A DNA stretch of 64,000 nucleotides, taken from contig OX597817.1 of NCBI GenBank assembly GCA_951406725.2, positions 62,001 through 126,000 on the forward strand, read 5' to 3'. This document shows positions 56,656-64,000 of this stretch, one piece after another. The translations under genes and the position numbers were made by a program. The DNA is from Octopus vulgaris. Lineage: Eukaryota. The notes beneath the pieces are model-generated. The model was given only the letters and a program-made list of their open reading frames with translations, searched no databases and was not told the DNA's origin. The number at the start of each line of letters is the position of its first letter. Within the stretch, counting starts at the first letter, position 1.

Positions 56656-57970
56656 CTAGCAGAATTTCCCGGTGATGCTCGGGGCTGAATTGCTTGAACG
56701 TACTGTTAATGATTGCACTGAATTATGATGATTATTCAGGCAAATATTGATATAAGTTTACGCTGGGAGATAAGGACTTAACGATCAAACGTGTGCCATT
56801 GCATTGTTTTGGAGGAACCAAATTTCTAATGAGCATTATAGGGGCACCAACTTTAAGTTTGAGAATGTGTGGTGGTAGTCCTGAGGGCTCAAAGGAATTG
56901 AGTACCTCTATTGGATAGTTGATCACGTCCTCTGGGTCAGGAGTTGTATCGATAGACTTATATACATAGACATCCCCAGGAATGAGTTTTAGCATTTCAT
57001 CATTAATATGGTGAACAGTTTTATTCCTCGGGGCCAGAATAGCCCTTTGGCCAATCCAATCCATATTCTGATAATTAGCTTGTAGATCTGGGAACACTGC
57101 ATCTCCGAGATCAGAAGGCGTCTTAACAATGGTACAAATGGAATCGATGGCAATATTACCATTTTCATCCCCTGATATTTTGCCTTCGCCAAGTGCAAGG
57201 AGGGTGTGAGAAAATGCTGCTGATGTAATATTACGTCGCATATGAGCACGCATATTGGTGTGAAGTTTGAGAGTCTTCACCAGTGGCCACAATGTGGATG
57301 ACTTAAGACACGCACTTACTGCATTAGTTCTAGTCCCTTTGGGAATAACGGGAAGTGTTTGTCGGAAGTCCCCTGAAAGAAGAAGTGTTATGCCTCCCAT
57401 GGGAGCTGAAGAGTGTTTGATGTCTCTGAGAGATCTATCTAGTGCCTCAAGAGCACATCTTTGGGCCATCGTGCATTCATCCTAAACGATAAGCTTGTAT
57501 CGTCTGAAGACTTCTGCCTGATCGGAGCTGTTACTGATGTTGCAAGTTGGTGTCTCAGTCTTCACTAAGTCAAGCGGAAGCTTGAAAGTGGAGTGAGCTG
57601 TCCTGTCACCTGGCAACAAAGTAGTCGCAATTCCAGATGATGCCACAGCTAGGGCAATGCCTTGTGTTCGCCTAATCTCAGCCAATATTAATTTGTTGAG
57701 AAAAGTTTTCCCAGTGCCCCCAGGAGCGTTAAGGAAAAATATCCCCACAGCTTTGGCCCGGACTGAATTAACCACGGAGTTGTAAGCGAACTTCTGTTCT
57801 GGAAGGAGCTTTGGCTCATTGTCGGCTATGTACTCGGCAAGCTCGTCAACATTAAAACATGTCTCACGCAGCAAATGTGAAGACAGAGTGTTTGTGCCTT
57901 CCCGGTTTGTTGAAGGTAGGCCATAGACCGACAAGGCACTACCGCCCATATCAAGTACAGTATCTTCGAA
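56656..57970 (-). mobile_element. Helitron 3' fragment with Pif1-family helicase remnant
   Basis: GGTGKT Walker A, ASSGIA, TAHSTF, IV*DEC, GDFRQTLPV, ILAPRN, LPPH.L.LKVGAP and CNGTRL. Terminal hairpin CCCGAGCATCACCGGG (56668-56683) followed by the CTAG 3' end (56656-56659). Confidence 0.9.
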
Positions 57971-59020
57971 CGTAGTTTGTTACCACACAGCCACACCTGC
58001 CCCTATGTATGTGTGTTTGTGTGTACGTGTGTGTGTGTATGGGTAGATATATTATGCATGTATATATGTGTATATATATATGCGTGTACATATTACATGT
58101 ACATCTATATATATATATACATCTACACATAAAATACAAAATAGAAAGTTATATCTTGATATCGCTAGTGATAACAATACTCAAAATATATAACAGACTG
58201 GAATTGTAGGCCCGTCTCTTGCAATTTCGATCAATTGGATCTTGTATAGAAGTGTACGGCTGCAGCGAAATTCATTTTTGGACTTTCTTCTATCGAAGGC
58301 ATTTTAACATAAATGCTTCCGTAAAGACGGTGAAAATATTGTCAATTTCCCCAACCAGGGACACAATTCAATTTTAAAACAATAACCAAAGGGTTACGAT
58401 TTACAATTATTTAACAAATGCAACACAACAACGTTTCCCTGACGAGGAACCAACAAACGTGATTACAATAGTCAAACAGTAATAATAATAACAACAAAGC
58501 TTTTTAATGTATCCCCATTTATGTGAAACCACTTATTCAAGTTCAAGTCATTGATGCAATTTTATACGAATTGCTAATACACACACACATAATAAGGGTG
58601 AAATATTGAATATTAATTTGATTAATATGAATTGAAAACCAGTGGTGTAGCATATAAGACCACAGCGGATCTTCTAGCAAAAAGGATGACCAGTATTAAT
58701 TGCTCATCCCTTTTATATAAATACTTTCACTTTAATTGTTGCACACTTGCAAAGAGAAAGGAGGAGAAAGTGTAGTGGTAATGGTAGGAGTGAAGCACTT
58801 GAAATGAAAGAGGGAAATCGTAAAATATTGAGTTTTCTCGAATTTTTGCTTAATTGGGGGTGAAATTGAAAAAACTTTACATGCCACGACCCGATAGAAT
58901 CTACTTGTAAAAATGATAGGTAAATTCCAATTGAAGAAATTCTATATTGTAGAATTGTATAAAAAACGAACGGTTTGGGAGGCAGAGAAAATCTGCCTTT
59001 TATCATAAGATATATATATA

Positions 59021-59416
59021 GGCGCAGGAGTAGCTGTGTGGTAAGTAGCTTGCTAACCAACCACATGGTTGCGGGTTCAGTCCCACTGCGTGGCATCTTG
59101 TGCAAGTGTCTTCTGCTATAGCCCCGGGCCGACCAATACCTTGTGAGTGGATTTGGTATACGGAAACTGAAAGAAGCCTGTCGTATATATGTATATATAT
59201 ATATATGTGTGTTTGTCCCCCTAGCATTGCTTGACAACCGATGCTGGTGTGTTTACGTCCCCGTTACTTAGCGGTTCGGCAAAAGAGACCGATAGAATAA
59301 GTACTGGGCTTACAAAGAATAAGTCCCGGGGTCGATTTGCTTGACTAAAGGCGGTGCTCCAGCATGGCTGCAGTCAAATGACTGAAACAAGTAAAAGAAT
59401 AAAAGAAAAAGTAAAA

Positions 59417-59419
<3 letters not shown>
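59021..59419 (+). mobile_element. OK-like SINE
   Basis: Full head-core-tail copy. Confidence 0.87.
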
Positions 59420-59486
<67 letters not shown>

Positions 59487-59490
<4 letters not shown>

Positions 59491-61228
59491 AATAGTAAAG
59501 TGTGAAAAAACGACAGAAGGCTTAAATGTTAAAAAATATATATATTTGTGTCAAAATGTCTGGAGAATATTGGAAAAATTTTTTTCCTTTCCTTAAAATG
59601 ACATAATTTTAAAATTTTTAAAGAAATTACCGGTTTCGCGTGTAGCTTTTCAAATTTCTTGTGACGTTATGTTTATATTGCATGGAGTTATCGTTGTCTT
59701 TATTTTTAGGAGATTTCTAAATAAGGGGAGGTAGTGAGTGATTTCTTCCGGTGTAAGGGAGATAATCGCTTAAAAATTTTTTCCCCCTTCCCTTGTTAAT
59801 TTCTCTGTGTCAGTATGTTCGGATGGTTGAGTCTGGGTTTGTACTTTTCAATGAAGAATGTTTCCTTGTTCAGTCTCATTTGTGTTGATGATCCGAAAGC
59901 ACATTGGTAAAATGGGAAGATTAAAAATTGTGGCAGTAGTTGCTTTGCGCATTTCTCAATGTGCTCACTAAAAGGTATCATTCTATATTCTGGGAATGCA
60001 ATCTGTTGTCGATGCAGTGTGCATCTACGCCTGAGTGATAGTCCCGTGGAACCCACGTAGTCTTGGTGGCAGCCCGAGCATTTAATGACATAAATTATGT
60101 TTTCAGAGGCACAAGTAAGTTAGATTTGATCTTGAATTTCTGTCCCTCTTTAAAGAAGAATTCTGATCCTTCCAATAGGTTAGGACATGTTGCACATTTC
60201 GATCTACCACATTTTTTTACTTTTGCATCCGTGATTTTAGAGGACAATTTTGCCTTTGTGAGAATCTTTTTAAGTGATTTAGGCTGTTTGTAGCTTTTAA
60301 TGATTTGGTGTATGTTTAGAATTTCCTTTAATTTTGGGTTTTTATGAAGTATTGGTAAATTCTGGGTGATGATGGTGAAGGCTTCTTTGTTTCTGGGGTT
60401 GTATGTAGATATGTAAGGTAGTATTTTCGGGGAAGGTGTGTTGTTGTGTTGAACTTTTCTTAAAGTTTCTATGTTGATTTCTGTTGCACGTCTGATCCCA
60501 TCCTCTATGAGTTGAGCTGGGTAATGTCTGTCAATTAGGGTGTTTTTGAGTTCTTGCAGTCTAAAGTTCCTGGTATTTTGTTCTGACACTATTGTGCATA
60601 TCCTTCTTGCAAGGTTGAAGGGGATGTTTGTTTTAGTGTGTCTTGGGTGGCATGCACACTACATCGACAACAGATTGCATTCCCAGAATATAGAATGATA
60701 CCTTTTAGTGAGCACATTGAGAAATGCGCAAAGCAACTACTGCCACAATTTTTAATCTTCCCATTTTACCAATGTGCTTTCGGATCATCAACACAAATGA
60801 GACTGAACAAGGAAACATTCTTCATTGAAAAGTACAAACCCAGACTCAACCATCCGAACATACTGACACAGAGAAATTAACAAGGGAAAGGGAAAAAATT
60901 TTTAAGCGATTATCTCCCTTACACCGGAAGAAATCACTCACTACCTCCCCTTATTTAGAAATCTCCTAAAAATAAACACAACGATAACTCCATGCAATAT
61001 AAACATAACGTCACAAGAAATTTGAAAAGCTACACGCGAAACCGGTAATTTCTTTAAAAATTTTAAAATTATGTCATTTTAAGGAAAGGAAAAAAATTTT
61101 TCCAATATTCTCCAGACATTTTGACACAAATATATATATTTTTTAACATTTAAGCCTTCTGTCGTTTTTTCACACTTTACTATTTTCTTATATATTCACC
61201 CACGTGCTTTACCAAACAAACTTTCTTA

Positions 61229-61230
<2 letters not shown>
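59487..61230 (-). mobile_element. 5'-truncated PLE (Neptune-like Cys linker) with about 540-bp inverted pLTR
   Basis: Minus strand encodes CHPRHTKTNIPFNLARRIC (RT thumb), CGRSKCATC linker, then IIYVIKC..C...YVGSTG..LRRR...H...E GIY-YIG (frameshift near 60117). Arms 59487-60024 and 60652-61188; (TA)n flanks. Confidence 0.9.
61015..61054 (+). ncRNA. Minimal hammerhead, U3-A8 variant (inverted twin at 59621-59660, minus strand)
   Basis: aagaaat-TTGAAAA-GC-tacac-GC-GAAA-CCGG-TA-atttctt: perfect 7-bp stem I and palindromic stem III. Confidence 0.65.
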
Positions 61231-61282
<52 letters not shown>

Positions 61283-61469
61283 GAAAATTTATTAAATAAT
61301 TATGAAATAGTCATAAACATATTTGCAAAAATCTATAAAGTAAGCACTTGTTGACAGTGTCTGATTTGATCTCATCTACTTTGCTAGTGTTTCGACAAAA
61401 ATCAACACAGGAGGTTTTATTGAACAAACTCTGTTTCAATAATTCTTTTACTATTTTTCGTAAATTTAC

Positions 61470-61639
61470 CTTTCTTTGGAGAATCAGTTTGTCTTTGATA
61501 TAAAGTGCCCTCCACCGTAGCTGGGGTATGATCCACAGATTTATAGCTCAACATGTACGCTGCCTCTACGTAGCTGATCAACAGCCTGTACATTCCAATA
61601 TTGAGTGTTTTATTGTAACCAGTCAATCTGTAATCTAAC
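61470..61639 (-). CDS. Candidate internal exon, unknown product
   Basis: tgtctctag acceptor, open frame LDYRLTGYNK...TDSPKK, AAG/gtaaat donor. Unique sequence with no recognisable domain. Confidence 0.25.
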
Positions 61640-61848
61640 CTAGAGACACAACACAATGACTGTTGTTAGGTTTATTAGTGTCAAGAAGAACATTCAGCTA
61701 TGAATAATACTTTAGATAAACTGAAGTTTACAATATCAATGTTATCTTGTGCAAGATTTTACAACCATCATCTTCTGTTTATTGTTGTTTACCTCATTTT
61801 AAAGATTTTAAAAACTGTTTTAATCTTTTTTTGTCATCTTTTATTCAG

Positions 61849-61931
61849 AAGACATGGACTCAATCTTTGATAAAATTAGAAATAATGATATGGAAGGATT
61901 GAAAACCTTATTAAAGGTGAAGCCAGGCGAA
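61849..61931 (+). CDS. Candidate first coding exon of a host gene (possibly an ankyrin-repeat N-terminus)
   Basis: Polypyrimidine tract + ttcag acceptor, ATG at 61854, MDSIFDKIRNNDMEGLKTLLKVKPGE, phase-0 GTAAGT donor. Confidence 0.5.
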
Positions 61932-62334
61932 GTAAGTTGTTCTGATTATTGCTTTCTCAAATTTGCCTATTTCTTTATTATTTTATACACAATTTGAAAA
62001 CTTCAAACTAACTGCATATATTTCTCCATAATATTTCATTTCTTTCTTCATCTCTTTCCTCTAATTGCCATTAATGTTATAATAAAATTCTTGACCAAGG
62101 CAGCGAGTTGGCAGAATCGTTAGCACACCAGGTAAAATGTTTAGCAGTATTTCGTCTGTGTTTTCGTTCTGAGATCAAATTCCGCCGAGGTCGACTTTTC
62201 TTGTCATCCTTCCTAGATCGGTATATTAAGTACTAGTTGCCTACTGCGGTCGGTCTAATCGACTGGCCCCCTTCCCCAAAATGTCAGGCCTTGTGCCTTG
62301 AGTAGAAAAGAATATTATTCTTGACCAAATTTTG

Positions 62335-62800
62335 AGCATGGCAAAGTAGATGGAATGTGAATGAGAGGGAAACCCATCATCACACACTGCAAGGGAGTAT
62401 TCTGACATGAAATTTTCAGAGAAAAGAGACAAATGGAGTCCATAGATGGATGGTGACTTTTTAAAGAAGTCCTCTTGTCATACGCAGTCGATGCTTTTAC
62501 TGATGTCAAGGGCTACACCATTTTATGCAGATTTTGTCAAACATGAAAACACTGGTGTGTCACACAGGTACCAAGCCCCTCTGGATCTGGCTTTATAAAA
62601 TTGTACTGGTGTTCATTGAATAATGAAAGATACCTAAAGGGACAAATATGATGGTTGCTTGTAACTTGGTACTTCATAATTGAAACATTGGAAGTTAGAA
62701 TGACTGGATGGTAGTCACTCGATAAGATATTGTCTGCAGGAATATTGAGCAAGATTTCCCAGTGAGGTCAGTACTACCCATGTGTGGGGGCGCTGTGAGA
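62335..62800 (-). mobile_element. Highly degenerate APE-type LINE RT fragment
   Basis: Remnant of V.LDISKAFD.V (gtagcccttgacatcagtaaaagcatcgactgcgt) and YHPV.LTS motifs. Confidence 0.45.
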
Positions 62801-63669
62801 AAATATTATATGAGGTTATGTATATATGAAACACAAAGAATGTGTACCTCAGTTTAACTGAAGCTATGTATCAATGGTTGGAGCAGTAAAGAAAACTAAG
62901 TGGTGAAGCATCAAGTATTCACTTATTCTGGTGAAGGTTCTGTGGTAAGTAGTCACCCATGTCAAGACTAGGATCGAGAGGGAAATTTATCTGATCTGGT
63001 ATTAATTGAAACGACATTAAATATGTGTTATATAGAGTCGTAACAAGGAAAGGGACATTGAGAAATCCTTGGTAAATGAAAAGAAACCACATTTAAAAGG
63101 TTTGAGAATCCCTGATATAAGACCGTCATGGTTAGGAAGCAGTTGGTAGAATGATTCTGTTAAATTTATAGAGATTCTGTTGGTAGGAGACCAGAAATTT
63201 TGGTTTTAAATTAGGAGTGAAGAGAGCTGACAGATGGTGAAATGCAGAAAGAAGCATCCTTTATTTTCTTGATGACCATCATACCTGTAATTCAATGGTG
63301 AGTGTATGTCTGCCACTTTGTGATGGTAGGTGTTTTCCTCCAGATGATGTTGTTATTGTTGTCTAAACAGATGTATTATAGTTGTGTATGAACAACTCAC
63401 ATCTTTTAACATTTTGTATGGCTACAAAGTACTAACGAAGCACTTAATTTAAAATGAAGCACTGCCTTATTTATGTTTTTATTCCCCCATCGTTTCCTTT
63501 CATTTGTATCCACTTTTTCACATTTTGAACATATCCAACAGAAATTGGTGTCATCCAGAAGTTCCCACGGATATCTAGTCTCAAATAATTACTTTGTATT
63601 AGATTCAGTAACAAACATAAAGTGGTTTTCTTTCTCTTCATTGAGCTTATGCATTAATTGAACCATCTT

Positions 63670-64000
63670 CCTAAGTGTTTCGAGGAGCATGGTAATCAGG
63701 GAGGGCAGTAAGGTAACCAACAAAATCAGGCTCCAAGTGCAAGGAGCATTCCATCAATAGAGGTAAATCCTAGTAAATGCCTTGAAAAGATGTTTGACAA
63801 GTCGCTGTCAGAGAGAATCAATGTCACCAAAATTGTGAAGCAAGCAGAGGAGTGGCTGATGAGGATTGATAGATCAGGGCTTCCAGGAAAGTTCAGGGCA
63901 TGGCTCTACCAACACAGACTGCTCCCAAGACTCATATGGTTGCTGACGTTGTATGATGTTCCACTTGTCATTGGAAAGGGTGGAGAGAAAGACAACTAAA
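63670..64000 (+). mobile_element. Hero/NeSL-like non-LTR RT fragment
   Basis: KCL.KMFDKSL...WL..IDRSGLPGKFRAWLYQHRLLPRLIWLLTLYDVP is typical of the post-RT region of Hero-like RLE LINEs. Confidence 0.6.

Noticed and set aside
56732-57949. Host PIF1 gene
   Set aside because: Intronless and truncated, with an in-frame stop in motif II and a Helitron 3' terminus adjacent.
59370-59400. SINE tail as a hammerhead (hairpin + GAAACAAGTA)
   Set aside because: No CUGANGA box or stem I; better explained as a LINE-recognition stem-loop.

Overview
Repeat-dominated animal genomic DNA. It is most consistent with an octopus/cephalopod, inferred from the tRNA-head/CORE-like SINE families and the dense (TA)n/(TACA)n microsatellites. 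No complete host gene is present; there are only two candidate exons near 61.5-61.9 kb. The window holds three near-full-length CR1/L2-group LINEs from two families, each with a Myb/trihelix-like + CCCH ORF1. It also holds several Penelope-like element (PLE) remnants with GIY-YIG endonucleases, inverted pseudo-LTRs and hammerhead-ribozyme motifs. Other elements are a decayed Ty3/Gypsy element (5' LTR + tRNA-Leu PBS), a Helitron 3' fragment, two mariner relics, fragments of RTE, Tx1/L1, R4/Dong and Hero-like LINEs, and many SINEs. Top observation 1: both divergent LINE families place a U_UUU_UUR slippery heptamer (encoding S-F-L in ORF1) exactly where the -1 ORF2 frame opens, and one family has no AUG before its endonuclease domain, which suggests programmed -1 ribosomal frameshifting. 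Top observation 2: more than ten hammerhead-like motifs occur, including covarying, U3-A8 and extra-A variants, almost all just upstream of (TA)n tracts. Most short ORFs in the supplied track are microsatellite or antisense artefacts. All family assignments come from motif recognition by eye, without database searches.
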